Source of the DNA: Patescibacteria group bacterium
GTDB lineage: Bacteria > Patescibacteriota > Patescibacteriia > Patescibacteriales > JBAZCA01
Length of the DNA: 64,000 bases
Reading direction: 5' to 3'
NCBI GenBank assembly: GCA_041661505.1
Contig: JBAZUF010000001.1
Coordinates: forward strand, 113,576-177,575
Shown one piece after another: positions 1-8,792 of this stretch. Each line of letters opens with the position of its first letter. Position 1 is the first letter of the stretch. The notes beneath the pieces are model-generated. The model made no database searches, was not told where the DNA came from, and was given only the letters and a program-made list of their open reading frames with translations. The translations under genes were made by a program, and so were the position numbers.

Positions 1-2
1 TT

Positions 3-1106
3 GATACCGGGTTTATGCGGAAAGACGAAACCGCGGAAGTGGTTAAAGGCTTTAAAAACGCGGGGATCCATAATCTCGAGACCGTCGACGCGTCTAGCAC
101 TTTTTATCCCCGGCTTAAAAACATCTTTGAGCCCGAAGAAAAACGGCGCATTATCGGCGAAACCTTTATTGACGTTAAAGACGAAATCGCCGCTAAACTA
201 AAAATTGATTCCGGCGACTGGCTACTAGGCCAGGGAACGATTTATCCGGATACGATCACTTCGGGCGGAACGAAAAACGCCGATAAAATCAAGACGCACC
301 ATAACCGGGTAGACCGGGTGAAAAAGATGGTTGAAATGGGATTGGTGGTCGAACCTTTGATTGAATTTTATAAAGACGAGGTGAGAAAAACCGGCGCGCT
401 CTTAGGCATGCCCGAAGACCAGTTGAAGCGCCATCCCTTCCCCGGCCCCGGGCTCGCCGTCCGGTGCTTATGCGCTAAAAAAGGCCTTAACCAGGCTGAT
501 GTTAATGAATTAAATGAAAAAGCCGGAGACTTGCTAAGCACCTTAGGCGCAGAGATAAAGCACAAAGTGCTCGCCATAAAATCCGTCGGCGTCCAGGGCG
601 ATCAAAGGTCTTACGCCCATCCTTTGGTTTTATGGGACGAAAGCGGCCTGCCCAGTAAAGAAATTGACTGGGAAAAATTGGACGAAATCGCTTCTACTAT
701 CACCAATAAAATCCGGGGGTTAAACCGGGTGATGATTTTACTTAATCCGGAAAAATTAAAAACGGACAACTTTTCCTATCCGGATAAAGATTTATATTTA
801 TCCAAAGACCGGATTGAAATCTTGCGCGAAATGGACGCCATAGCCAATAATATTCTCCGCGAAGAAAAAATTTACGACGATATCTGGCAATGCCCGATAG
901 TCTTGATTCCATTAGCAGGCCAGGACGGAAAAGAGTCTATCGTAATAAGGCCCCTTAATTCCCGCGATGTTATGACTTTAAGATTTTACCGCATGGAAAA
1001 ACGGATTTTGGAAAAAATCGCCAAAGCGATCCTGGCTACCAAAAAAATCTCTTACGTTTTTTACGATATAACCAATAAGCCGCCAGCGACCCTAGAATGG
1101 GAGTAG
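3..1106 (+). CDS. guaA: GMP synthase (glutamine-hydrolysing), ATP-pyrophosphatase and dimerisation domains; 5' end cut by window edge
   Basis: Frame is open from nt 3 (..DTGF precedes the listed Met at 15). Motifs KTHHN, HPFPGPGLAVR, GVQGDQRSY and the family-typical C-terminus KPPATLEWE. Confidence 0.93.
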   Translation, partial: DTGFMRKDETAEVVKGFKNAGIHNLETVDASSTFYPRLKNIFEPEEKRRIIGETFIDVKDEIAAKLKIDSGDWLLGQGTIYPDTITSGGTKNADKIKTHHNRVDRVKKMVEMGLVVEPLIEFYKDEVRKTGALLGMPEDQLKRHPFPGPGLAVRCLCAKKGLNQADVNELNEKAGDLLSTLGAEIKHKVLAIKSVGVQGDQRSYAHPLVLWDESGLPSKEIDWEKLDEIASTITNKIRGLNRVMILLNPEKLKTDNFSYPDKDLYLSKDRIEILREMDAIANNILREEKIYDDIWQCPIVLIPLAGQDGKESIVIRPLNSRDVMTLRFYRMEKRILEKIAKAILATKKISYVFYDITNKPPATLEWE

Positions 1107-2611
1107 CTAAACAGCCGGATTTTACGCGCATGAAAAAAATACTTTCTTATTTTAATTTCAAATTTTCCAATAAAACCATGGGCCAAAATAATTTTCAAAA
1201 AATAAAAGAAAAAATCGGCCGTGGCGGGATCAAGCTCGATAACGACGAACACAGCCGGATCAGGGTGGCAAAAAAAGACTACCGGCGCGTCTTAATACAT
1301 AACGCGCCCTATATTTTTACCTGCGACGAAAACGACAAGTTGCGGGCCAGGGAAAATTACTCGCTCATCATAGAAGACGGCATTATAAAAACTGTCGCGC
1401 CTTCGGCCGAAATTCAGCCCGATGAAAAGGACTTTGATTTAGTTTACGACGCCGGTCTGCGGGGCGGCATTGTTATAACTCCGGGATTAATAAACGCCCA
1501 CGCCCATCCGCCAATGTATCTTTTGCGCTCGGCTATGATGCTTGACGAAGGCGAGGCCGTAGACCAGACCATCGCCGCTATGCCGGCCTGGGAACGGGCC
1601 ATGACCGACGAAGACAACCTGGTTTCCGCGATCGGCGATTTAACCGAAGAGCAAAAATACGGGATTACGAGAACCTTAAGCCACCACGCGGTGTTTGAAG
1701 CTAATGAAGAAGCGGCTAAAATCACCGGCCATAATTTAATTAACGCCGTTAGCGCCGCCTCAAATACTCATCCGGAAAATTCCCCAGCTTTAATTGAAAA
1801 ATTAGTCAAAGACAAGGATGGGCACAGTTCGCAGATCGCTATTGCCGTCCACTATCTCCACAAAGCCAAGCCCGAAATTTTAAAAGAAATAAAAAAACTG
1901 GTTGACAAACACAACTTGTTATTCACTTGCCATCTGGCCGAATCGGAAAACGTTGCCCGGGAATGTAAAAAAATCCACGGCAAAAGCGAAGTTGATGTTT
2001 TAGAAAAATACGGGCTGTTAAATGACAAAACAATTGTCTCGCATGCCATCTATTTAAGTAAAAAGGAAATCCGGAAGCTGGCTGACGCCAAAGTCGGTAT
2101 TGTCCATCTCCCGACTTCTAATACAATCCACAAATCCGGAACATTTCCCTTATGGCAGTATTACGACGCCGGAGCGCAATACCGGATCGCTTTAGGGACT
2201 GACAGCGTAGTCAGTAAAAGCCAGCTGGATTTATTGTCCGAAGCTTACCAAACCCGGCTGACGCACCTTTATAGCCGGACTGTAAAATTCGGCTCGCTTT
2301 TTAAAATGATGACGATTAACGCCGCCCGGATAATGCATTTGCCAAACGCGGGAAAAATAATGCCCGGCTTTGAGGCGGATTTGGCTTTCTGGAAATTAAA
2401 AGACCGCGGCTGTATTCCTTATGACAAAGATAATCCCGTCTCATTAATCGGAAATATAATCACCCATAACTCCCGGACGGTGCGCGATTTGATGATCAAC
2501 GGCCGATTCGTAATTAAAGAACGCCGGCATCTCTTGGTTAATGAAAGTAAGCTCCTCGAACTCTTGCAGGAAAAGCATATGGAGATGCGGAAGCGGGTGA
2601 AGAACGGTTAA
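1097..2611 (+). CDS. amidohydrolase-superfamily protein (chlorohydrolase/aminohydrolase subgroup: guanine-, cytosine- or MTA/SAH-deaminase-like)
   Basis: HxH metal site INAHAHPPMY, then CHLAESE and ALGTDS motifs in family order. ATG 1097 overlaps the guaA stop by 10 nt; ATGs at 1130 and 1178 are alternative starts. Substrate not assignable by eye. Confidence 0.75.
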   Translation: MGVAKQPDFTRMKKILSYFNFKFSNKTMGQNNFQKIKEKIGRGGIKLDNDEHSRIRVAKKDYRRVLIHNAPYIFTCDENDKLRARENYSLIIEDGIIKTVAPSAEIQPDEKDFDLVYDAGLRGGIVITPGLINAHAHPPMYLLRSAMMLDEGEAVDQTIAAMPAWERAMTDEDNLVSAIGDLTEEQKYGITRTLSHHAVFEANEEAAKITGHNLINAVSAASNTHPENSPALIEKLVKDKDGHSSQIAIAVHYLHKAKPEILKEIKKLVDKHNLLFTCHLAESENVARECKKIHGKSEVDVLEKYGLLNDKTIVSHAIYLSKKEIRKLADAKVGIVHLPTSNTIHKSGTFPLWQYYDAGAQYRIALGTDSVVSKSQLDLLSEAYQTRLTHLYSRTVKFGSLFKMMTINAARIMHLPNAGKIMPGFEADLAFWKLKDRGCIPYDKDNPVSLIGNIITHNSRTVRDLMINGRFVIKERRHLLVNESKLLELLQEKHMEMRKRVKNG

Positions 2612-2696
2612 TATTTAACATCAATAATCGATCTTTTTAAATACAAAGAGGGATTTTTGTTTTTTCAACTGCAAACTCTATCTTAAAGGACGGAAA

Positions 2697-3614
2697 ATGA
2701 AGAAACGGCCGGAAGATGTCAAAGAAGCGATTATTGTAAGGTTTTGCCCGACTACCCCGACCGGGAAAAGGGCTTTGGAAATTCACAAACGCCTGGAGGC
2801 TATTAAAAGCTCTTTCCGCTGGCGACTTAAACTCGCCTTTGGGGGAGTATTCGTTATCTTATTGCCAGCCATATTGGCTAACCTGGAAAGCTTGGGAGAT
2901 ACGGAAAAAATCATGAACGACCGGCGACTTTACATGTACTTATTCACTTTCGAGATCGCCGTCCTGGTCGCTTTCAACATATGCTCTTGGTTTTTCAAAA
3001 CCCGGAAGCAGATGCTAAATGAGGCTGAAAAATTAAGTAAAATCGGCGGCGGAGAGGTAGTTGAACATGAAATTATCAACTTTCTTATTGAGCAGGACAG
3101 CCGGCTGATAAGGCCAGTTTTTTTCTTCCTTTCTTACATGTACAGAAGAAAGAATGGGAAATCAAACCGCGGCCGGAAAGCCGAAATCGTTCAAGCGATT
3201 AAGGAGATTATGGGCGGCCGCGGCGAAACGATGATTGAAGCATACAACCATCTTTTCTCGGCTGAAGGCCGCCTGCTTCGTCCGAATAAAATCGCCTGGA
3301 ACGTCTCGCCGATTCTTATAATAGCCTCTCCCTACATCAGCTATCTAGCTTATTGGTATTTCTTAAACCACGGCGCCTTGTTGGGATCGGCAACCCTCCT
3401 TATAATGATCGCACTGGTTTGCGCTATAGCCAGATGGATGAACGTGTTCAACATTACTTTGTTTTACGAGGAAATTAATCTCGTAAAAGAGATGCTTGAA
3501 AAAGGAAAAGTTACAAGAAAGGATCTCGCGCGTTTAGGCGAGATTGACCCGGATATAAAGCCGCTGGTCTGGATGCACGTGATAACCAACATCACTCCCG
3601 GCAATGAAGGCTGA
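2697..3614 (+). CDS. hypothetical membrane protein
   Basis: 305-aa ORF with AAGGA upstream of the ATG. Several hydrophobic spans (LAFGGVFVILLPAILA, LYMYLFTFEIAVLVAF, ILIIASPYISYLAYWYF, LLIMIALVCAIA). No family recognised. Confidence 0.6.
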   Translation: MKKRPEDVKEAIIVRFCPTTPTGKRALEIHKRLEAIKSSFRWRLKLAFGGVFVILLPAILANLESLGDTEKIMNDRRLYMYLFTFEIAVLVAFNICSWFFKTRKQMLNEAEKLSKIGGGEVVEHEIINFLIEQDSRLIRPVFFFLSYMYRRKNGKSNRGRKAEIVQAIKEIMGGRGETMIEAYNHLFSAEGRLLRPNKIAWNVSPILIIASPYISYLAYWYFLNHGALLGSATLLIMIALVCAIARWMNVFNITLFYEEINLVKEMLEKGKVTRKDLARLGEIDPDIKPLVWMHVITNITPGNEG

Positions 3615-3657
3615 AACGGATGTTGTCTAGCGGCGGACTTAAGCTGCGAACCCTTAC

Positions 3658-3703
3658 CGCGGGGATGGCATCGTTTAATACGTTGTCCCCCGCGCTTTTT
3701 TTT
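3658..3703 (+). terminator. rho-independent terminator after the 2697-3614 gene
   Basis: GC stem CGCGGGGA (3658-3665) pairs with TCCCCCGCG (3686-3694, one bulge), followed by T8 (3696-3703). Confidence 0.7.
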
Positions 3704-3776
3704 AGGAAAAATAAAAACCATCACTTTTTTTAAAATGACGGCTTCGGCATCTGAATAACATTTTATGCAACCTCAA

Positions 3777-5042
3777 TTACTTCGGCGTTGAAGTCGAATT
3801 ATTGCCGGGCATAAGCATAACCGGCGTCGAGGTGGCTTCGGCACTACTGGCATCCACCGGTTTTTTATAAACTTTGTAATACCATTCCAAAAATTCTTTG
3901 GCGATCGGGACGGCGATAACATCTCCGCCGCCTCCCTCTTCAACCAGAATCGTAATTACCAATTCCGGATTGTCGTAAGGCGCGAAACCGGTAAACCAGG
4001 CATGGGTCGGCTTGGTAGTAGAGAATTGAGCGGTTCCGGTTTTGCCGGCCACCGGGACCGGAACCGATTGCAGGCTCCGGGCCGATCCGCCCGTAACCGT
4101 TTGGCGCATGCCTTCGCGGACAATCTCAATATTTTTTTTCGAAACCAATTTTTCACTGACTAAATTCCGGACGGCGTCGCTTACGACATTCCCCACAATT
4201 TTATCTTCAGAAGTTAAAACCTGGCGGATAAGATGCGGGCGGTAAAGCTTTCCGCCGTTCGCGAAAACGGAAGTATATTGGGCAACCTGCAAAGGCGTAA
4301 CTAGCAAATCGCCCTGGCCGATGGAAACATGATAAGTGTCGCCAATATACCATTTTTCCCCTTTAGCTTTTTCCTTCCATTCTTTTGTCGGCAAGAAGCC
4401 GGCCGATTCGCCGGCTAAATCAATTCCGGTTTGCGCGTCCAAACCGAAAATTTTCCCGTATTTGTCGATCCGCTCCACTCCGAGCCCCTGGAAATTTTCA
4501 TAACCGCCGCCGATATAGTAAAAAAACGTGTTCACTGATTCGGCTAAAGCTTTTTTTACGCTGGTTACGCCATGTCCGCCCGCTTTCCAGTCGGGAAAGA
4601 ACCATTGGTTTATCCGGATGCCGCCATTTGATAAGACGGTGGTATTTTCATCAACCACCCCTTCTTCTAAAGCCGCCGCCGCGATCACCGGCTTGATAAC
4701 CGAGCCGGAAGGAAACTCGCCGGAAACAGCGCGGTTAAATAGCGGCCGGTTCGGATCTTCTAATAATTTTTTATACTCATCCGCCGAAATGCCCCGCGCG
4801 AAAAGGTTGTCGTCATAAGCCGGCAGGCTGATCATAGTTAGAACTTCGCCGTTTCGCGGATCCATGATAATGGCCGAGGCTTTTTTCAAATTAGTTTTCG
4901 CGAGCCGGTTAGCGATTATTTCTTCCAGCTTCTTTTGCATATTCAAATCGATGGCCAGGACCAAATTGTTCCCGTCCTCCCCTTTTTCTTCTCCCAGAAT
5001 CTTTTTTTCCTTTCCCAGGGCGTCGACTTCAATTTGTTTTTT
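3777..5042 (-). CDS. mrdA: penicillin-binding protein 2, transpeptidase half (C-terminal segment of a frame-interrupted mrdA)
   Basis: Class-B PBP active-site motifs in order: SxxK (PSGSVIKP), SxN (AESVNTF), KTG (AGKTGTAQ). Colinear with the upstream segment after a -1 frame change at 5036-5042. Confidence 0.85.
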   Translation of the reverse strand, partial: KKQIEVDALGKEKKILGEEKGEDGNNLVLAIDLNMQKKLEEIIANRLAKTNLKKASAIIMDPRNGEVLTMISLPAYDDNLFARGISADEYKKLLEDPNRPLFNRAVSGEFPSGSVIKPVIAAAALEEGVVDENTTVLSNGGIRINQWFFPDWKAGGHGVTSVKKALAESVNTFFYYIGGGYENFQGLGVERIDKYGKIFGLDAQTGIDLAGESAGFLPTKEWKEKAKGEKWYIGDTYHVSIGQGDLLVTPLQVAQYTSVFANGGKLYRPHLIRQVLTSEDKIVGNVVSDAVRNLVSEKLVSKKNIEIVREGMRQTVTGGSARSLQSVPVPVAGKTGTAQFSTTKPTHAWFTGFAPYDNPELVITILVEEGGGGDVIAVPIAKEFLEWYYKVYKKPVDASSAEATSTPVMLMPGNNSTSTPK

Positions 5043-5830
5043 CCGTCTTTTCCCCGAAGCTGGTTTTCCCAAAAATACTCCACTCCGTTTTTTCCGACGT
5101 AATCAATCGGCAGGTATTCAGGGCCGTATTTTTTCAATTCATCCGGGCTGATTTTTCCCGTATAGCCCAAAACATGAGACATTGAGTTGCAGTAAATATT
5201 ATATTCGCGCCGGGTTTTCGATGAAAGGAAGACGCCTTTTTCTCCGGAGGCCAAAAGGTCAAGCTTGATAGCCATTTCATAAGGGATGTTGTCGGCTATG
5301 AACAAGGGCTGGTAAGCCTCGTACGACCGGCGCTTAACTGAATTTATTATGTTTAAGACATCTTCTTTTTTTACGTTTAAAATTTCCCCGATCCGGGCGG
5401 CTAACCCTTCTGTTTCTTTGGCGTCAGCCGGTAAATCCGAAGGGATGACATAAAGCATGAAATTCGCCACATTCCGGACTAAAGGCAGGTAATTCCGGTC
5501 ATAAACAACTCCCCGGTTAGCAGGCAGGCGTTCAATCCGGACGCGGTTTCCCTCCGCCATCTGATAATAATAGCTTCCCTTGGCAATCTGCAGCCAGCCG
5601 GCCCGCCCCAGGATAATGGCGAGCGCCAAACCTAAAAATATATTAAAAAAACGCAAGCGCTTGAAATCAAAACTGCGGCCCAGGCTCCCTTTGGATTTGT
5701 CTTTGCCGATTAAAAAATCGTCCGACCAGGTCTCGCGGTAGCGGCCGTCCAATTTTTCAAATTTGCCTTCTTGGATTAAAAAAGGCTCATTTGAACGGGA
5801 GTTGAATTTTTTAAAACCGAAGAAATTCAT
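4943..5830 (-). CDS. mrdA: penicillin-binding protein 2, N-terminal membrane anchor and dimerisation half (0-frame segment; stops at 4943)
   Basis: ATG at 5830, 27 nt after the mreD stop. TM anchor FFNIFLGLALAIILG, then PBP-dimer motifs RGVVYDRNYLPLV and HVLGYTG. The listed longer start at 5974 overlaps mreD and is unlikely. Confidence 0.8.
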   Translation of the reverse strand: MNFFGFKKFNSRSNEPFLIQEGKFEKLDGRYRETWSDDFLIGKDKSKGSLGRSFDFKRLRFFNIFLGLALAIILGRAGWLQIAKGSYYYQMAEGNRVRIERLPANRGVVYDRNYLPLVRNVANFMLYVIPSDLPADAKETEGLAARIGEILNVKKEDVLNIINSVKRRSYEAYQPLFIADNIPYEMAIKLDLLASGEKGVFLSSKTRREYNIYCNSMSHVLGYTGKISPDELKKYGPEYLPIDYVGKNGVEYFWENQLRGKDGKNKLKSTPWERKKRFWEKKKGRTGTIWSWPSI

Positions 5831-5856
5831 TTTTTCCTTCCAGCAATTAATCCGCT

Positions 5857-6390
5857 TTATTTCCGCCGGACCAAAAACACCGGCTTGAAGCGATGGCTTA
5901 AATAATTGACGATATAAAAGATAACAGCGGTTAGAATAATATTTAATATTACGATGCTCGCGGCCTCCAGCCAAAAATTTACGCTAAAATCGGCTTTAAT
6001 CCCGGCTCCGCTAAAATAGTTGATTATCAGTTCGATAATTTTTTGCGTAAACAGGTAAGCTAAATTGGCCAGGGCGGTTAGAGCGGCAAAGGAATATAAA
6101 GACCGGTTGGTAAAAAAACTTTTATACAAAAAATTAACGGCTATAAGGGTTAAAAATAACGATCCCAGGTGCAGGCCGAAAGGAAGAAACGAGTAGATGT
6201 CTTCAATTAGCCCGGCGCCTAAAGCAAGATACGCGGCGGCCGGAAAATCGGCTAGCGCCAAGGTGAAAATAAGCGACGCGATTATCAAATTAATTCCGGG
6301 CAAAATTCCGGGCAAACCGCTTACTAAGCCAAACTGGGCGGTTAACAGCCCGAGAACCAAAAAAAAATTTATCGCGATTTTTTTTAGCAT
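5857..6390 (-). CDS. mreD: rod shape-determining protein MreD (polytopic membrane protein)
   Basis: 177-aa, about 5 hydrophobic helices, located between mreC and mrdA as in canonical mreBCD-mrdA operons. Assignment rests mostly on position and topology. Confidence 0.6.
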   Translation of the reverse strand: MLKKIAINFFLVLGLLTAQFGLVSGLPGILPGINLIIASLIFTLALADFPAAAYLALGAGLIEDIYSFLPFGLHLGSLFLTLIAVNFLYKSFFTNRSLYSFAALTALANLAYLFTQKIIELIINYFSGAGIKADFSVNFWLEAASIVILNIILTAVIFYIVNYLSHRFKPVFLVRRK

Positions 6391-6406
6391 ATTTTTTTTA
6401 CGCGGC

Positions 6407-7216
6407 CTAGGGCAAAAGCACCGATACTATCACCAGCTCATTTAAGTTAATAACCGGCTCAATCACCGCGGTTTGCCAAAGCTCGTTGGATTTTTGCTTG
6501 ACTTCGGAAATCCGGCCGATAACCAGCCCGCGCGGTATCCCTTTTTCCAGGCCCGAGGTTACTATAATATCGCCGGATTTTATGCTTTCAGTCTGGGGGA
6601 TATAATCCATCTTGATGGTAAGGCCCAAATCTCCCTGGGTTATGCCGACGGTTTTATTGGCGTTCTGGATCGCGGCCGCGAATTTACATTGGCCGTTGGT
6701 AGTTAAAACCAGCCGCGAAACGCGGTCTTTCACTTCCGCCACTTTACCGACGATAATTCCCTGCGAATTCATTACCGCCAGGCCGGCAGAGAGGCCGTCC
6801 ACGCTTCCCTTGTTTATCGTTATTCCCTGCCCCAGATCGGAAAGCTCTCCCTGGCCGATTATCGCCGCCATGACGTACTGATATTTATTATTTTCGAAAA
6901 AACTCAAATACTTGCGCAAAGACTCGTTTTCATCCTCCAAAGTCTTCAGTTTCGCGTTGTCGACCATAAGCTGGTTTCTCTCGATTTCCATCTGGCGCAT
7001 AAGCCTTACAAGGTCGCGCTTATCCATCTGCTCGTTATACTGCGTCCGGAGGCTGGTGGAAAAGGAATAAAAGCCGGAGAAAAACGGGTTGAAAATATAA
7101 GTTAAAACCGACTCGGCGGGCGAAGTTATTTTTAAAAAATGCAAAAAAATAAGCAGCCCGATAACTGCTACAAAAACGATTACTTTATTTTTTGCGATTT
7201 TAGTTTTATAGCTCAT
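6407..7216 (-). CDS. mreC: rod shape-determining protein MreC
   Basis: N-terminal TM, coiled-coil (MEIERNQLMVDNAKLKTLEDENESLRKYL), then MreC beta-barrel motifs (INKGSVDGLSAGLAVMNSQGIIVGKV, GDIIVTSGLEKGIPRGLVIGRISEV). ATG 7216 is preferred over 7243, which lies inside a repeat. Confidence 0.88.
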   Translation of the reverse strand: MSYKTKIAKNKVIVFVAVIGLLIFLHFLKITSPAESVLTYIFNPFFSGFYSFSTSLRTQYNEQMDKRDLVRLMRQMEIERNQLMVDNAKLKTLEDENESLRKYLSFFENNKYQYVMAAIIGQGELSDLGQGITINKGSVDGLSAGLAVMNSQGIIVGKVAEVKDRVSRLVLTTNGQCKFAAAIQNANKTVGITQGDLGLTIKMDYIPQTESIKSGDIIVTSGLEKGIPRGLVIGRISEVKQKSNELWQTAVIEPVINLNELVIVSVLLP

Positions 7217-7289
7217 ATCCAACTTACAATTATCAATCAACAATTATCAATCATTTGAAAATTGCAAATTGAATATTGATAATTGATTA
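7217..7289 (-). repeat. AT-only intercistronic repeat element (mreB|mreC spacer); homologous to 10950-11008
   Basis: Perfect tandem 14-mer ACAATTATCAATCA x2 (7226-7253) plus an inverted copy (7276-7288). Shares an exact 13-mer AACAATTATCAAT (7239-7251) and TTGAAAATT (7255-7263) with the secD|secF spacer. Confidence 0.75.
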
Positions 7290-8333
7290 TTACATTTCCG
7301 CGGTTCCCGGGGTGGCGAGCTTTAAAAGAAGCGGTTCGTTGGCGAGTAGTATTCCGGTTCCGCGCACCACGCAAGTCAAAGGGTCGTCCGCCACGCGCAC
7401 CGGAATTTTTATCGCCTGGGCGATTTCCTTATCAATCCCGCGAAGCATAGCGCCGCCGCCGGATAACACGATTCCGTGCTCGTAAATATCGGCGACCAGT
7501 TCGGGCGGGGTGGTTTCCAAAGTGATTTTAATATTCTCGATTATCAGGTGGATTGACCGGCCGATAGCTTCCCGAACCTGGGTGTCGTTTATTTCAATCG
7601 AGCGCGGCAGGCCATTCACTAAATCGCGGCCCCGGACGCTCATTTCGATCGGATCCTTTAGGGGCGCGGCTGACCCGACCCGGATTTTAATTTCTTCCGC
7701 CAGCTGTTCGCCGATTAAAATTCCGAATTCTTCCCGGACGTATTGGGTAATATTGTTGTCCAATTCATTGCCGGCCACATGCAGGGTTTTCCAGTTGACG
7801 ACTCCGCCCAAAGATATAACGGCAATTTCGGTTGTCCCTCCGCCGATATCGACGATCATAGTCGCGGTCGCTTCGGTTACCGGCAAGCGGGCGCCGACCG
7901 CGGCGGCCATAGATTCTTCAATCAGATAAACCGTGCGGGCGCCGGCGGATTTGGTCGCGTCTTCTACTGCTTTTTTTTCCACCTCGGTAATATCCAAAGG
8001 GATGCCGATGACTACCTTTGGCCGCGGCATCAGGACGAAACTTTCCTGATGGACTTTATCGATAAAATATTTAAGCATTTTTTCCGCCACTTCAAAATCG
8101 GAAATTACGCCGTCCACCAGAGGCTTTACCGCCGTAATATGGGCCGGGGTTTTTCCAAGCATCTTTTTGGCATCGCTTCCCACGGCTAAAATTTCGTCCG
8201 TCCGCATATTAACGGCGACTACCGAAGGTTCGTTGATGCAGATTCCTTTGTCCGGCGTGTAAACCAGAGTATTGCAGGTGCCTAAATCAATTCCGATATC
8301 CTTGCTGAATTTTCCCAAAAATTTTCCAAACAT
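7290..8333 (-). CDS. mreB: rod shape-determining actin homologue MreB
   Basis: GIDLGTCNTLVY phosphate-1 motif, DIGGGTTEIAV, LSGGGAMLRGID. ATG 8333 (MFGKFLGKFSKDIGIDLGT) is preferred over the listed 8375. Confidence 0.95.
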   Translation of the reverse strand: MFGKFLGKFSKDIGIDLGTCNTLVYTPDKGICINEPSVVAVNMRTDEILAVGSDAKKMLGKTPAHITAVKPLVDGVISDFEVAEKMLKYFIDKVHQESFVLMPRPKVVIGIPLDITEVEKKAVEDATKSAGARTVYLIEESMAAAVGARLPVTEATATMIVDIGGGTTEIAVISLGGVVNWKTLHVAGNELDNNITQYVREEFGILIGEQLAEEIKIRVGSAAPLKDPIEMSVRGRDLVNGLPRSIEINDTQVREAIGRSIHLIIENIKITLETTPPELVADIYEHGIVLSGGGAMLRGIDKEIAQAIKIPVRVADDPLTCVVRGTGILLANEPLLLKLATPGTAEM

Positions 8334-8538
8334 ACCTTTAAATAACGCGAAAATACACAACACAGAGCAGGCCAAAACCTGCTTTCCGTATAATCAGTTT
8401 ACAGGAAATACCTCGGGCTTGTCAAAAGACCCGGGTCACGTTCAAAAAACCCAGGTTTATCGCCTTTCCAACTCAAGACCATCATTTAATTTTAGGCCAA
8501 TATTAAATAAAACTCATCAATTGATACCCTAAAAATCC

Positions 8539-8567
8539 TTGACAAATATATTGAGATATGCTATATT
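8539..8567 (+). promoter_or_regulatory. near-consensus sigma70-type promoter with extended -10
   Basis: TTGACA (8539-8544), 17-nt spacer, TGc-TATATT (8559-8567). Predicted TSS about 8574. Confidence 0.7.
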
Positions 8568-8573
8568 AGTAGT

Positions 8574-8792
8574 TCAGTAAGACTACAAAAGCGCTTGCTG
8601 AAAAGCTTAAAAACATATCTAAAGTTCTTTAAAATTTAGGCGAGTACGCGGGTAGAAATAAGTTGGCCTTAAAGTTAGCAGACCAATTCATTCCTGCCCG
8701 CGTAATTGTGCGTCGGTAGTGCCGGTTCGCATAGCGCGAACTGCCCGATCCGTATGGACGGGATTGCAATAACTTCTAATGGAGGATCCGTG
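8574..8792 (+). promoter_or_regulatory. long (~219 nt) structured 5' leader of the orphan ORF
   Basis: Hairpins readable by eye: 8569-8586; a 9-bp clamp CGCGGGTAG/CTGCCCGCG (8647-8655/8694-8702); GTTCGC/GCGAAC (8725-8741); CCCG-TCC/GGA-CGGG (8744-8762). GGAGG at 8781-8785. Confidence 0.45.

Noticed and set aside
3621-3650. TAGCGG / GGACT / CTTAAGC words in the 3' UTR of the 2697-3614 gene resemble blocks of cassette module M1. A CTAGCGG word also occurs in the pgk leader.
   Set aside because: The shared words are at most 7 nt and appear in a different order. About 8 occurrences of any 7-mer are expected by chance in 128 kb of two-strand sequence. I judged this to be coincidence.
5831-5974. 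N-terminally extended starts listed for several ORFs: mrdA 5974, mreC 7243, mreB 8375, secA 15932, lipase 33364, S8 38320, 48855, 51708 and 53816.
   Set aside because: The extensions overlap upstream genes or repeats, or begin at TTG codons, and they add non-homologous residues. Internal ATGs with better spacing, RBS context or family-typical N-termini were chosen instead.
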